A stretch of DNA of 64,000 nucleotides from Callorhinchus milii (Eukaryota): NCBI RefSeq assembly GCF_018977255.1, contig NW_024704743.1, positions 1,302,001-1,366,000 on the forward strand, read 5' to 3'. The translations under genes were made by a program, and so were the position numbers. The notes beneath the pieces were generated by a model. It saw nothing but the letters and a program-made list of their open reading frames with translations, did not search any database and was not told where the DNA came from. Positions within the stretch are counted from its first letter, which is position 1. The number at the start of each line of letters is the position of its first letter. Of this stretch, positions 50,076 to 64,000 are shown in pieces.

Positions 50076-52542
50076 CTGTTCCATTGAGAAGCGTCCCATT
50101 GAACAGGGCGGTGTTTTGAAAAGGAATGGGAAAGGTGATGGGATTTCAGGATGTTTTTTTTGGTAGTGTCGCGGATTTGGGGGGGAAGGCGGTGGGGGGG
50201 GGGGGTGGGGGAAATAAAAAAAAGAGAAAAAAAAATTAGACCGATAAATTGCACCGCAAAATTTATACAGTCACACACACTCTTACTGAATTTGGTGGAT
50301 TGATTGTAGTGTTTAACCCGCAATGTCTCTCTCTCTCTCTCTACACTTAAGCCAATAACTTCTTCTCCCCATCGAAATCAGAGCCAAATAGGTTAGATGT
50401 CAAACAGGAAACCTTTTGTTTTTTTTATTGGGTCCCCGACTGCTCAGAATGCTGTAGAGGTCGAATCGATTTAAACGGCATTTTTTTTTAAAAAGGGAGG
50501 GAATCTGGGACTCTCTCCCCCCAAAAAGGCTGTGGATTATAACTTGATCCATTCAAACTTTCCAAGACTGAGGTGGATAAGGTTCTTGTCAGGTCAGGGT
50601 ATCAAGGCATATGGGGCAAAGGCGAGTAATCGGAGTTGAGGTACAGATCAACCATGATCGAATAGAATGGCGGAACAGGCTCGAGGGGCTGAATGGCCTC
50701 CTCCTGTTCCTGTGGCGGCGCGGGGCGGGTAAGATTATGAATTATCTGTATTTTCCACCCGCACTTTAACCAAAAGACATCTTGCCACAATAAAGGGTTA
50801 GGGTTAGGTGATGTCTTCACCCATTTGGCAGTGTGTGAGTTAAAGATACAGTTTACCCAGCACCGGCTTATTAACAAAACCCCAAGGATATCAACCTTTC
50901 GTTTCCTGTTGGCACATCTGTAGATTCCCGAGTGTCTCTCTCTCTCGCTCTCCCCTTATCCCCACCCACAAACAACAGGTCAGTCACGAGAGCCAGGTCA
51001 ATAAGAAACCACTCGACAATAATCGTCCACTCCCGCATCACCACTACCCCACCCCAACGCCGGCTTCTCTTCCTTCCACAAAGCCGTGTGGAGTAAGGAA
51101 ACCTGCCCATCGTTTCTGCCCTGACCCGCCCTTGTCCTCCATTCTTTCCTGCTGAGAACACAACTAGCTCCGGGACCCTCAACGTCAAGACGATCATCCT
51201 GGTTGCTCTGCTCTGAACCTTTCCCGTCCTTTTCAAGCTAAAAATGACCCGATGCAGCAATGGACAACCCCGTTGCAGTCCACCTGAACAGCCCCATAAT
51301 GTCACACCTTTCCTTCCCCCGCCACCCCCCCACCGCACACCCCGCTACTGGTGTTTTCCGATTCATTCAGCCCCAGTTCTTGTTATCTTTCTGAACCAGA
51401 TGTCCAAGTTTCGTTTGACAGGAAAGAAAGCATTGCAGTTGTCTGGCACAGCGATGTACCGAATCAGGGCCTTTCAGTCGGGCCATTATTTAACATTAAT
51501 CGTTTTCGACAGCGGGCAAAAAAAAATAGTATTTTTAATTAATTGAACCCTCCCATTAAATCTATCGCATAAAATCCTCATCACGTCCTTTCTAAAAGGA
51601 GCAGACGCAAGATTTACAAGGCTCAAACATTTAGCGGATCGCAGGTTTCCGTGCTACATTTTACAATTAAATATTTTTTCTAAGTATTTCTAAACGAAAT
51701 ATTTTTTTCTGGTGGGCAGCCATAAAAAAACACCTCACACTCAGTCCTGCATTGACTTCTGTCAACTGAATTCTATTGTGATCGAAGGTGAAACGGCAAG
51801 TTGAAAATAATAATAATAATCCTTGCATTTGATACGGCGCCTTATCAAGTCGTTGTGACGTCTCAAAGGGCCTCACAGGATGTATTCCAAAGTGGAGTTA
51901 CTTTGTGTTTTGTGGGCGAAACACGGCAGCCAATTGCGCACAGTGGTGTCCCACAAATTGTCGTGGGGGTAACAAGCAATCATTACCCTCGGAAAAGCGA
52001 TCCTCCAGTCGACTAACAACCGGATTCCAAATTACTGCCGGTAAACAATTATTTAATAAATGTTATTCATTCATTAAATCAAACTGTGAGGCTGAAATCG
52101 CACTTTGCCGGAAATAGATGCAGAACTGAAGTGTTTGCCTCTGTTGATTTATCCCGATCCGTAAGTAAGTCACAGGTATTTATGATTTCGGGGGGGGGGG
52201 GGGGGGGGGAGGAGAGGCTTTTAGTGAGAAACCCTCTGGACTGTGGAGCTGTGAGGAGCATCGCATACACAGTCACATTTCGGACCCCACAAACGGGCAA
52301 GATGCTGCAAACGGGCAAAGTCACATTGAACAGGAAATCCGACTCTGCACTGAGCTCGGAGCGGCTCGGAATAGTTTTGAACCGAGCTGTTAACGAAGCT
52401 CGGCTTCCCAACTGGTAGATCGGAATTATCGGATCATACGTTCTCCTTAATGCGACCGCCCTGCACTGCGACCAAAACATCCTGGAAATTGTTACCACCT
52501 CAGGACACGCATTCGAAAGGGGAAAACGCCGGGGAGGTTATA

Positions 52543-52828
52543 TAATAATAATCCTTGCAACTGATTCACGTCTTCGAGACGTCTCAAAGCGCTTCACAGA
52601 ATATAACTGTAAAGTGAATTGACTGTCTATTTTGTGGGTGAAATGCAGCAGCGTCCCCACAAACAGTCGTGGATTGAGTGACCAAATTATAATTATTATT
52701 ATTTTCTTTTCTTAAGGTAGTACTATCAGGCTTGTGGAGTAAGGAAACTTGCCCAAGGTGTTACCCCGGCCGGGAACCGAACCCAGGTCCTCACGCTTGC
52801 AAGTGCTCTAACCGCTGAGCTACAGGAC
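52543..52828 (-). mobile_element. SINE family A copy with internal deletion
   Basis: Head and tail match; the gcctctgtttacc…gatcgc segment is missing. Confidence 0.8.
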
Positions 52829-53339
52829 GCCACAGGTTAAAACAGGATGGCTTGTTAGCATTGACTTCATTAGCACAGCAGTGATTGCGGAGCTGTCTTA
52901 AGTGAAGTACAGGAGCAAAGTCACACACTCTAATCCAGAGCTGCTGTAACTGAAGGAATCCATCTCCACCCACTCATCCATTCCGAAGTACATTTTCCGC
53001 AGTTAGTCTGGTATTTCGGGGCACGTCTTTATAAATGCCTTGTGTTTTGTTCTCTTGCAAGGTAACAAAGCGAGAAGAAGTTTATGAGTGTGTTAAAGTA
53101 ATGAGCCAAGACCCGTTTTACTTATTTGTGAGAGTGACAGCTCTTGTTAAGACTGCGACCACCTGATTAAGGGCTCCATATAATGTAGTCACTGTTACTT
53201 AGATTTTAAGCAGAGATTTTGAAATAGGATCAGGAGCTGACACATCAGGCAATTGGAACAGAAAACCCGCAGAGCAATCCTTTCACATCAATGGAAACCT
53301 TGGACAAACACTCAACTAGAACTCAGGCTCTCAAACAAT

Positions 53340-53745
53340 CAGAGACCCGCTCCCCCGCTCTCACCCCATAACCCTTGCAAGTTGTTCCTTTTCAAGTCCC
53401 TATCCAATTCCCCTTTGAAAGCTACTATTGAATCTGCTTCCACCGCCCTTTCGGGCAGCGCGTTCCGGACCGTAACAACTCGCTGCGAAAAAAAAAATTC
53501 TCCTGGTCTCCCCTCTGGTTCTTTTGCCAATTATCTTAAAGCTGTGTCCTCTGGTTGCCAGAGGAAACAGTTTCTCCTTAATTTACTCTTATCAAAAAAA
53601 CCTCATACGATAACCACAGCTTGCACTTATATAGTGCCTTCCACGCAGAGTAGCTTAACAGAGCCTAACTCAGCCTCGATTAAATCTCCCCTTAACCTTC
53701 TCTGCTCTAAGGAGAACAATCCCGGCTTCTCTGGTCCTTCCTCCG
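53340..53745 (-). mobile_element. CR1-type LINE fragment
   Basis: GLFSLEQRRLRGDLIE and FFSQRVVTVRNALPERAVEADSIVAFKGELD in minus-strand ORFs. Confidence 0.9.
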
Positions 53746-56700
53746 CACTGCAATTGGTTTCCGCAAATTTTAAATGTGTGTCAGTGGAACAAAATGTATC
53801 ATTAACACCTCTCATGACACGAGATAGTGGATTCGCATCTGATAGCTGCAAGGCATTGGACCTAAACTGATGAATTTAACACAATTGCTTCTGGTCTTGT
53901 GATTGCACTGAGTGCGTGTGTGTGTGTGTGTGTGGGGGGGGAGAAACATATTGAATCAACCTCCATATGCTCTTGTGGTGAAGTTTCTGTGTCTGTGGTC
54001 TGTTCATTAAATATCTAAACCTAACAAACCACAGATAAAATCCGGTCTTCAAAAGCACAGCTGGCTTGCCTTAACTACGGTAACATAATTTCAAGAGAAT
54101 AATTTTTTATACAGAGAACGCATTCACCTCTGCGGGTGGGGACAATTAAACAGATCATTGAACACTCAAGAATGGTAGAAAGTTTCTTTAAGCAGAAAAA
54201 AAAATCATTAATATAAGTGCACCAAATTAGCGACAGTTTGCAATAAATACCAGACTTTTACCAATCTTGTACAAGCAATACAGGAGTCAAGTATGGGTCC
54301 CGTGCCTTGGGTAAAGGAGTCAAGGTTGGACACCCAGTAAAACTATCATGTGTTGAGTCAATTGTGGGTCCCCAGTGAAGCTAAAATGCTACTGAGCCCA
54401 ACAGTTACGTTCTCTCGCCCCCACCTCCTGTTCTCCGACAACTGCGTATCAGCTGTTAAAGGCGTTTAAAAATAATAATAATCGTTGCATTTGACATAGC
54501 GCCTGATCACGTCGTCGAGACGTCTCAAAGGGCTTCACAGAATATACTGTAATAGTGAACTGACTGTGTATTTTGTGGGCGAAATAGGTTTAATGACACT
54601 GTACCATAGGGTATGTATGTTACGTTACCAGTCCTGTATCTCTAAGTACGTTAGATTGGTAAAAATCAGCACTTGATTGCCCCACGTCCTTTCCTTCCCC
54701 CTTTCTTGTAGCTTATTGTTAGACGGCAGAGAAAAAAAAATCACAAGTAGCTATAGATCTTCACACTTCCCTCTCTCTCCCGCTTCCCCCCACCCCACTT
54801 CCCTCTCCCGCCACCTCGACCCAAATCACAGTTACGACGAGAAAGTTGTGAACGCATTTTTTTTTACATGAAAAAAAACGTATAGTTTCTTTAAAAAAAA
54901 TCAACAACATACTAAGCAGATAAGCACAGCCTTATAGTAATGGCACATTACCTTTGGAAAGCAGGATGTAAGATTGATTCTGTAAATTTTACACAAAAAT
55001 GGCAAGAGAGAAATTGTAATACATTCCAGACAAAAAAGGAGTCCAAGTTTTTTATATATATATATATAGATGTATATGTTAAAAAAAACACACAATATCA
55101 AAACACAAGACAGCAAACGTCAACACAGCGATAGAGGATCATTTTGTGTGTTTTTAAGCACTCGGGGCGAAGGGTGGGGGGGGGGTGGGGGGAAAGTAAT
55201 GCACAATAGAAAAAAAATTCGCATATTTTTATTAAGTAGACTTGAGAAGCTTCAGGGCTTGAAAACATTTTTTACTTCAAAAGGACGGATCGACACACTC
55301 GCTCACTCGACCCCTTCCGCGTCCGGAACGCACAAAACGAATGCTTGCTCCTCGCTTTATAATAGATAATAATCCTTGCATTTGACACAGTGCCCTCCCA
55401 CGTCCTCGAGAAGCTCAAAGCGCTTTGCAGAATGCACTGTAAAGTGAACTGACTGCGTGTTTTTGCGGGCGAAACGCGGCAGCCAATTGCGCCCGGCAGC
55501 GTCCCCACAGACAGCCGTGGATTGCTTTCCCCTTTCGCTGAAGCCATGTTAATTTCGGGCCTTTTCCCCCCTCTCGCCCTCGACGGCTAGACCTAAGCAT
55601 CAGCGTTCATTCAGCTCGGGTGGTGGGGGCGGGCGGTAAAGATACAAGTTTCGGGTGTCAAAGCTAGAGAGCGTCAAAGTGACCCAAGTTTCCAGCATCG
55701 CCTACGATGACATTATTGTAACCAACAACAAGTTGCATTTATATAGCGTCTGTCTCGCAGAGCAGTGGCTCGGGGCGCTTAACAGAGACGGAGCCCGACA
55801 TCGAGCCGGAGGGGGTGGGTAGGGGGGGGGTGGGGGTGGAGGAGGAGGAGGAGGTGACCGTGAGCGCGGCCAGAGAGTAAGGTCATCAGTCGTGATCTAA
55901 CAAGAGGAGAAGGAGTTTGTGTAGCGTCGCTGACAACAAGTTCAGGATGTGATATACCACGACGACAACTTGTGTTTATACGGCGCTCTTCACGCAGGGG
56001 AGCGGCCCAGAGCGCTTCACAGTGGCGGAGCCTGAACGCAACATAAGGAGGAAACTTTTAAACGCGATGCTTGGAAATCTGGTCACTTTGATCCTATCCC
56101 AGCAGGTCTGGTGAAAGTAAGTGCAACAAGAACGACAACTTGTATTCCCAGTTACTGATGAGGCCCTCCCGAATGATGGGGGTGGAATATGAGTGACTCT
56201 GACCACACTTTCCCCCCCCCCCCCCAGCAACAACAAAAATGTGTTGCTTTAAACGGCTGAGGGGTAAATCTCCCCAGCTGAATGACGAAGGCAAACCACT
56301 CGATCTCTCAATCTGTTTTGCAGTCTGACAAGACGTCTTAACGCAACCGACTGCAGTCTGTCCTTGACATAATATCGCCTGGGGAGTGCGAGCTGTCTTA
56401 TTAATAATAATAATATTATTATTGTAGTTGTAGCATTTGTCTGGCTCCCAGTGCTGACTGGCGAGCTCCTTTGCCCACGGCTTGTTGCGCTGGAAGTCAG
56501 ACAATCAGCTCTGGACGTGTCGACCCGGAAGTGTAACTGACTAATTTTAATTTAATTTAATTTAAATTTATGGTCCCAAACCCGCGGCTTATAAACAGGT
56601 CAGGCTGCGCGCATTGCACTGCGTTGCACTGCACTGCGCTGCGCTGCACTGCGCCGCTCACTGCTTGCTCATAACCATTTTTGTTTCCAAGCTACCGGTC

Positions 56701-59700
56701 AAGAAAAAATAATCCCAATAACCCTGCAGTTCGACCAGGGACAATTTTGTGGGGGACGGTTGACAATCAGAGCGGTGATAAAATCTGAAAACAGTCCACT
56801 TACCGTAAAGTGCAGTCACGAGCAATACTGCGACGCTTGTTATTCCGCAAGGTCAAACGGGTCAGAGACCCAGAAGCGGTCTACACCCGCAACAAGAATC
56901 ACCCTCAGTGGTGTTTTCTCACATACCGAGGGCTTCGCTCCCATGGTATCTGGTGCCGTCGACCTACATCAATCAAGCTCACTTCTGCAGCATACATAGC
57001 GTGAGGCGTGGAGAGAGCTCGATAATTCCCGAGGCCTGAGGTGTTTGACTTCAGCGAAGGTTAAGTGGGGGAATCGAACGCAGCTCCTCCAAATTGAGCG
57101 GTTCTTGAGAAAATGGTGAAAGATCGCACCTTTCGATTTGGTAGATCAGTAACAAAAAGGGGCCGGAGTTTTTTTTTGGGGGGTGGGGGGGGGGGGGGCC
57201 GGGGTGGTGCAGGGGAGAGAGAGAGAGAGAGAGAGAGGGGGGAGCGCAGTGGGTATAAATTCAGGATCGGTTCGAGTTAAGAAAGGTTTTCGTGCCGGGC
57301 AGTTTTTCTACGACTAGTTGTTTGAAGGTAAGATCTTGATATTTAAAAGGGAATGAGGCAAATATTCGAAGGAGAATGTAAAAGGATGCGGGGAGAGAGA
57401 GAGAGAGAGAGAGAGAAGGGGATTGCAATGAAGTGTTTATAGCTCTAACAGTGCCAGCGTAGGCTCAATGGGCCAAACAGCCTCCTACACCGCTGCAATT
57501 CCTATCAATCTATCCTAATAATAATAATCCTCGCATTTCATACACAGCGCCTTATCACGACGTTGACACGTTTCAAAGCGCTTCGCAGAATATACTGCGA
57601 AGTGCAGTGACTGTCTATTTTGTGGGCGAAACCCACTATTTTGCGGGATCCTGCAAACGATCGTGGATTGAGTTGATGTAAATTCAATGGATCAATCAAG
57701 TCGGGGCTCCAGCTTTGATTCGTGTCAAAATAGTAAGTGGGAGATGGAACTATTCTCGTGGCTGGCCTTTTAAGGTGCCAGATGATGGGAGGTGCTGAGG
57801 ATGGGATACAGAAAGTGTGCCAATTCATGCAGGTCTGGGGAATGCGGGGACAATGAGCAAGTCCTCATGTGCTTTTCTGATGCAGGAAAGTGGGTCCATA
57901 ATCTATTGGAATGAGCGCTGACAGCCAGAGTGGCACAAATGAGCAGTCAGCCAGGTCCGCACCCAGTCTTTAAGGTTGCCGCAGAGTGGATGGAGGGCAC
58001 GAGGTGACGTTCATGCAGACGTTGAGCTTGGATCGCCAACTGACCCAAACTTCAAGGGTTTTGGCGTGGAGAAAACTGTAAGGAGTCGAACCTTCAAATC
58101 AGAGTTTTAATAATAATAATCCTTGCGCCTTAAGACGCCGTCGAGACGTCTCGAAAGAGCTTCACACAGTGGACTGTGAAGTGGATTGACTGTATATTTT
58201 CCCAGAGCCGATTGGGAGAACTCCCTTTGCAAGAGGCTGCTGGTGGCAACTGGCCAAGGACGTAGCAACCTGACTGCTGTGTTGCCAAGAGATGGCTTGT
58301 GTGGCACGGAAATGAAAGCCAACTGGTTATTTTCAGACTAAGACCAGGCTGCACGAAAGAGAGTCCTCCTCTCTTTAACGAGGGCCTTAAGGCAGCGTAA
58401 GGCAGCAAGGTCGGATGAACTTTGTTGACGCAGGAAAACCGGGAGCCCCTTGTAAAAGGGGATTAGACAAACGCTTGAAGAGGAGGAACATTAAAAGGGG
58501 AGGAGAGCGGGAGAGCGGGATCAGATCCAGGTGGGGGAGGAGGGGGGAATCATGCGGAGAAAAAAATGCAAGCGCAGGCTTGATGGGCAAACACCCAGTT
58601 TCTGTGCTGTCCCTGACTGGAGAGCAGATGGTGGAGAGTGGGTTGAGTATCACAGAGATGCCCTCGCACACGCCAAGTCGCACACAGGCTGGAAAGCGTT
58701 ACAAAACTGTCTGGCAGCAAATAGGCTGGACACCAGTTGTGCGGTTACACCTGAAAGCCTCATTTATGCCTTCTTCGGCCCCCGGACACCGCGATTAATA
58801 AGAGGAGCGAATCATAATAATCCTTGGCTTTGATGCAGCGCCTCATCACGTCCTCTGAGATGTTCCCAAAGCGCTTCACAAGAGTAGTGACTGTGAATTG
58901 ACTGTACGCTTTGCGGGCGAAAGGCGGCAGCCAACGGCGTCCCACAAGCAGTCGTGGATCGAATGACCCGACTTATTTTTTTATTATTATTTGGCCGTGA
59001 GTAAAGTGGGTGTCCGAAGATCTGGAGTGAGTTCACTGCAGGTTTCAAAGCTGAAAGTTGGCTGGCGGTTGGGCGTCTAACTCCCAACACTCCGATTCGT
59101 TTTTCGAAGCTGCCAGATCTTCCAGAATTAGACTGCGTCCGACAGGGATAAGACTCCATAGTTTACACCAACGGCTTCTCGGGTATTGTCTGAGGAACAC
59201 TCAGCGTGTCAGCTGAGGACCATATGGCGTTGTGGTCTGCAGGTGTGACCCGCTGGCGATGAAAACCAAAGGTTTTTAAAGCTCTCAACAGATCCCAGCG
59301 CCTTGGGACGTCCTCCTGACGTGAAAGGCGCTATACAAACGCAGCTGACTGTTGTCGTTCCCTTTTGGTTCAAAGAGCGTTTTGTAAAGGTCGAAACTCC
59401 GGTCGAGGACTCGAGGAGAATCGACCATAAAACAGACGAAAAGCACCTATCGCCCGGTGGTTGGAAGATCCCCATCGGATAAGGGATGCTGCTCGACTGG
59501 CTCTGTCCTCCTGCTTGTCCCCCTCGCCCACCTCCATTCCACCATCGGGGGGGGGCATGCTTTCAGCCGCTACTCCCCCCAAAACTCTGGAACACTCACT
59601 CTCTTTCTATCCCTCCCTCCGCCTTGCCCCTTCCTTCTCCATTTTCAGGTCGCGCCTGAAGACCTTCCTATTCAACCTGTGTCCACGGTTACCTCCCCCC

Positions 59701-62700
59701 CACCCCTCCCCACTCCCTGGCTCGGAGTCGTGCTCCACCACTGTCAAACACTCTGGGACGCTGCCCGGGAGTGTGTAAGTACAAGTTGTTGGTGGTGAGG
59801 TGTGGGGGTTGACAAGCAATAGTTCTGGCTCCGTCCATAGACGCTTTAAACCCCCACCCTAGCCCCGAGCCTGAAAGTGAAACCGACGTCTTAGCCAGGA
59901 CGTTCCGATTCTAATGTAATGTTAACCCACGACCGAGTGTGAGCACAGTCACGGGATGTGGCTCGAGCGGGCAGAGAATACAAGGCAAAATCTGCAAGAA
60001 GCCAAGCCCAGCCTCGATGGCAACACCGAGCTGTGAATAGCGAAAGTTTGCCCTCACTTGAAACAACGGGTGTTAAACACTGCCCAGACATATTCCCCCC
60101 CATCCCCACCTCCTCCCTCCCTCCCCTCCCTCTGGCACTCCAATTACTTCAACCAAGTGGTAGTCTTCCTGTGCAAGCAGAAGAATTTTCTGGACGAAAG
60201 AACAACAAGGTCCATCCAGTTCCCTTTCTACCATCCTGGCTGTCGCTTGCACATGTTGTGTCCCAAACCATATACCCTGGGCCTGCAGTTGGACCATCCT
60301 GCCCTAACTTATTGGGACGATGTGGGCAATTACAAGAATTCCCCCCTTCCCCAGCCCCCACCCCGTCCCCGGCAGGGATGCGTTGGGCTGAATCGATCCC
60401 CTTCTGTTCAGAAAAAGTCACGAAAAAGTTTCCATCGCCTAAGTTTCTCTGCACAGACCGGGAGCCAAACGTGTGGGTCAGGCTCCGAACCAGGGAAATC
60501 TCAACACAATCATTTATCATTGAACAAACTGGGGGAAAGAACGGCAATGGGGGTGGGGGTGGGGGGGGGGCGAAAGAACGTTCGCGGAAGGTCTTCAGAC
60601 GGGACTTGAAGGAGGCAAGCGAGGGGGTGAGGCGGAGGGATTGCGGGATAGAGTTCCCGAGTGCGGGTGCGGAGCTGCTGAATGCAGGAAGAGAATGGTA
60701 GGTAACACGGAGACTGCACTGCCCCTCTCCCACCCGCCTTCCCCTTGCTTCTTGATGCCACTGAGGTCCGAGGATATTAACACGTGAGGTCTTGTCCAAC
60801 CAACCATGGCGTCTGTCTCTTGTATTGGCCTACTCATGTAACGTGTGGAGATGGGATCAAACAAAAATGGACCAACATTGAACGAAATAACTTAACGGGT
60901 GCGATCAAATGTTCTGGGGGAGGGGGGAGGGTGGGGTGGGGGGGGGGTGGATGGGAGAAACAGCTGGAAATTTGTGTACACACAACTGTAAAGGAAGCAT
61001 CTCAATAGAGATTCTGTCAAACCTCTATGTTATCAGGCAATAAATATAGATTATGTATATATAAAAAACACAGAGAAATAGTCACTGAGTTCAAGTGGTG
61101 AATAGTCCTAAAGGTTAGTGAGTTAGTGAGTTTGGGCTGCCCACAGTCTCTCCCAAGTGTCTATAAGATTGATGAGAAAACGTTAGGACCAGCAGATCGT
61201 CTAGTCTCAGATTTTAAATCTCCCGGAGGGCGCTGTGTAAGAGCGAGTTTTTGTGTGGTCATCGATTTAATTTAAAAAATAATTTCTACAATTGCGCTCA
61301 GTTTTACAAAATAATTCCCTTTGTTAAAATAATTTGAATTTTTTTTGGGGAAAGTCACTGTCTAGCTTTCCATCGCTGTTTCAAAGAAAAACCTGGGAGA
61401 CTTTTTCCTGTTTCTCTTGATTTGTGTTCCCCTCCTCACCCCGAATTTACAGCTACAATTCAAACGAATTGGCTGATAAGAGACTTTGAAGTCGTCCCCA
61501 TATTATTCTAGACTGACGCTTCAGTGCAGTGCTGGGTGAGGTGCCGTCCTCCAATGTTAGACCGAGACAATGTTCCTGTCTCCATCTCCCTCGCCTTCAA
61601 AGCCCTCCACAGCTCAAGCTCCTTCCTACCTCTGAGACCCAATCACACCATATCAACCTGTCCGCTCCCTCCCCTCAGCCTGCTCCACCATTGATGGTCA
61701 GGCCTTCAGCCTCTCTGCCTCTCTCCCCCACCCTTTGGAACTCCATCACTCAGTCCCGTCACCTTGCTCCCTTCCCTCCCTTGCCTCCTGATCCGAACCA
61801 CCAGCTCGGGTCCAAAATCCCTGACCGTCCAGCGCCTCGGGACATCCTCCCGACGTGAAAGTCGCCGTGTAAATGTAAATTGTTGTTGTTGTTGTTGTTG
61901 TTGTTGCTGCAATAAAAGGGGAGGGAGTTTCTCCGGGTGTCTTGGCCACCAATCAGCCCTTGATAAAATCGGGCATTCACTCCATAGCCGTGCGTGGGTC
62001 ATGACTGTGCGCAAATCGGAATTCTTTTGCTTGAGTCATTAATTTAGGTCCCGTCTACCTTTTGATTCCGATGGGAGGTAAAGGCACCTTTTTATTCAGG
62101 CGGGACGTGGGTCATTGCTGTGTGCAACATGCAGTCACTGCACTTTACGGTTAATACTCCTGTGAAGCTCTTTGAGACACACACACACACATGTGATAAG
62201 GCGTTATTTCAAATACCAAGTCTTTTTGCAAAAACCCAATTCACTGTGGTCTTTAGGACGTTGGCGGGAGCAGTTCAGTTGACGCTTTTGCCAATAAAAC
62301 AATTTTATTTCCTATTCACAATTTTTACGAAAAGTGATTTGAGAGATTTAGCTTCTCCGTTAAAAAAATAAAAGTTATTATTAACTGCAATAATCTCTTT
62401 TGTATAGTTTCACAAGTTAAATGCAGGGCCTGAAGGGTTCTGACCAAATTGTGCCCCTGGTGCTCGCAAGTAATAGACAGGTCTAAGCTAACGCACCAGG
62501 GGAAGGGGGAAAAAAACTGTGATACAGAATGCACTTGTCTTCATGTTGTCTGTCACTGGGTGGCAATGCAGACAGGACAGAATCCGAGCAGTTAACAGCA
62601 GTTCAGACATATCCTGCATGCAAAAGGTAGCGTTATAGGCAGCCAGGCTCATTCACTCCACCGAGCCATTTCTCCTATAAAGGAACTTAAAAGTTACACA

Positions 62701-63124
62701 GAATGCTGCGTAGCCACACAGATCCTGCGAGCCGGACTCACTGAAAAATATACCTGTCCATTGCTCCAAAAGGGTGCATGAAAATAACAAATAATTGCAC
62801 ACAATTAACTAGTTAAATCCTTGCATTTAATGTATCGCGTCGTTGCGACGTCTCAAAGCGCTTCACAGAACATACTACGGAGTGAATTGACCGTATATTT
62901 ATTTTGTGGTCTGTTAACACATAGGCCATTTAGAAGAATCTTTTTGTCTGGGTTTTGTATTGTAGTTCTCACATTACTGTGGAAATAAACCCCAAACTAT
63001 TTAGATGGTGATAATGTACAATTGTTAACGGCGTTTTGACAAAGTTACTTTTGATTTCTCTGCCTTTTCTGCTCCCTTCTTCAGCGCCTATTATTTTAAC
63101 TTTTACATTACGCGTTACAGAGTA

Positions 63125-63480
63125 ATAATAGATAATAATAATCCTTACAATTGATACAGCACCGTGCATGTTTAGATAACACTTCAAAGCGCTTCACGGG
63201 ATTTACTGTGAAGCGTAGTGACCATATTTGTAGGCGAATGTGGCAGCGAGTCGTGGATTGAGTGACCAAATTAGTGATATATTTAAATTTTTTCAAAAAA
63301 AGGATTTTTACTCCCAGAAAGCCGTCCGCCAATCGACTAACAACCGGGTTCCTACTCACTGCTGGGTCACCAGAGACGCGTGGAGTGAGGAGACTTGCCT
63401 CACGTTTCACCCAGCCCAGGAATCAAACCCGGATCATCTCGCTTGAGGCGAGTTCTCTAACCAATACTCTACAGGACTCC
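63125..63480 (-). mobile_element. SINE family A copy
   Basis: Head, body and tail match. Confidence 0.85.
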
Positions 63481-64000
63481 ACACTGAGTCAGAACAGGGC
63501 AAAGTGAAAGACCACAACTCCAATCATCTAACACCACCCCCCACCCCTGGACTGGCGCGACCATCAATTTTCAGCTGTGGCAAGTGAATTGGTGCTGGGC
63601 AAATTAAACAGGACGACTGGATTAAATGTCAGCTCACTGCTCTCCATAGGAAGGGACGTCTGCTGTTACTTACAGCTTGGGGTGACTGAGACACAACAAC
63701 AACAACAAGATTGCATTTATAGAGCGCCTTTCACGTCGGGAGGACGTCCCAAGCCGCTGGACAGTTGGGTCGGGACCCGAGCAGGAGGGGGGGAAATGGT
63801 CAGGGTGAGGGGAGGGAAGGGAGGGAGCGAGGAGGGGTTAGAGAGTCGAGAGGGGAGCTGAAGGCACGGCTGAGGAGAAAGGTCTTGAGACTGGCCTTGA
63901 AGGAGGAAAGCAAGGCGAAGGCACTGGGGGAGATTAAAGCCTGGGGGCTGAGAGGCTGAAAGCCCGGCCACCGATGGTAGGGCGGTTAGGGCGGGAGGTG

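Overview
This is eukaryotic (vertebrate) genomic DNA, most likely from a cartilaginous fish, judging by Deu-domain SINEs and CR1/HER1-type LINE tails. The right half carries the last 11 coding exons of NKTR on the minus strand (33255-50075). NKTR is a cyclophilin-type PPIase with RS domains, and here it includes a 3171-bp giant exon. All exons join in frame with GT-AG boundaries; the 5' exons lie beyond position 64000. The left half has no recognisable coding sequence. It has CpG-island/promoter-like regions with minus-strand splice donors (about 8.3 kb and 24-28.7 kb), probably the 5' end of the next gene (ZBTB47 by recalled human synteny, unverified). The rest is dense with two tRNA-headed SINE families, L2 and CR1 fragments, two dispersed repeats I cannot name, and large simple-repeat arrays. 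I found no new multi-gene system. The best leads are splicing-regulatory: a distant-branch-point microexon and a candidate cassette exon in NKTR. Others concern retroposons: a young chimeric SINE subfamily nesting antisense in its own relatives, a SINE-derived CpG island, and a repeat carrying a consensus splice donor. Comparisons with human NKTR and repeat consensuses are from memory, and repeat boundaries are approximate.
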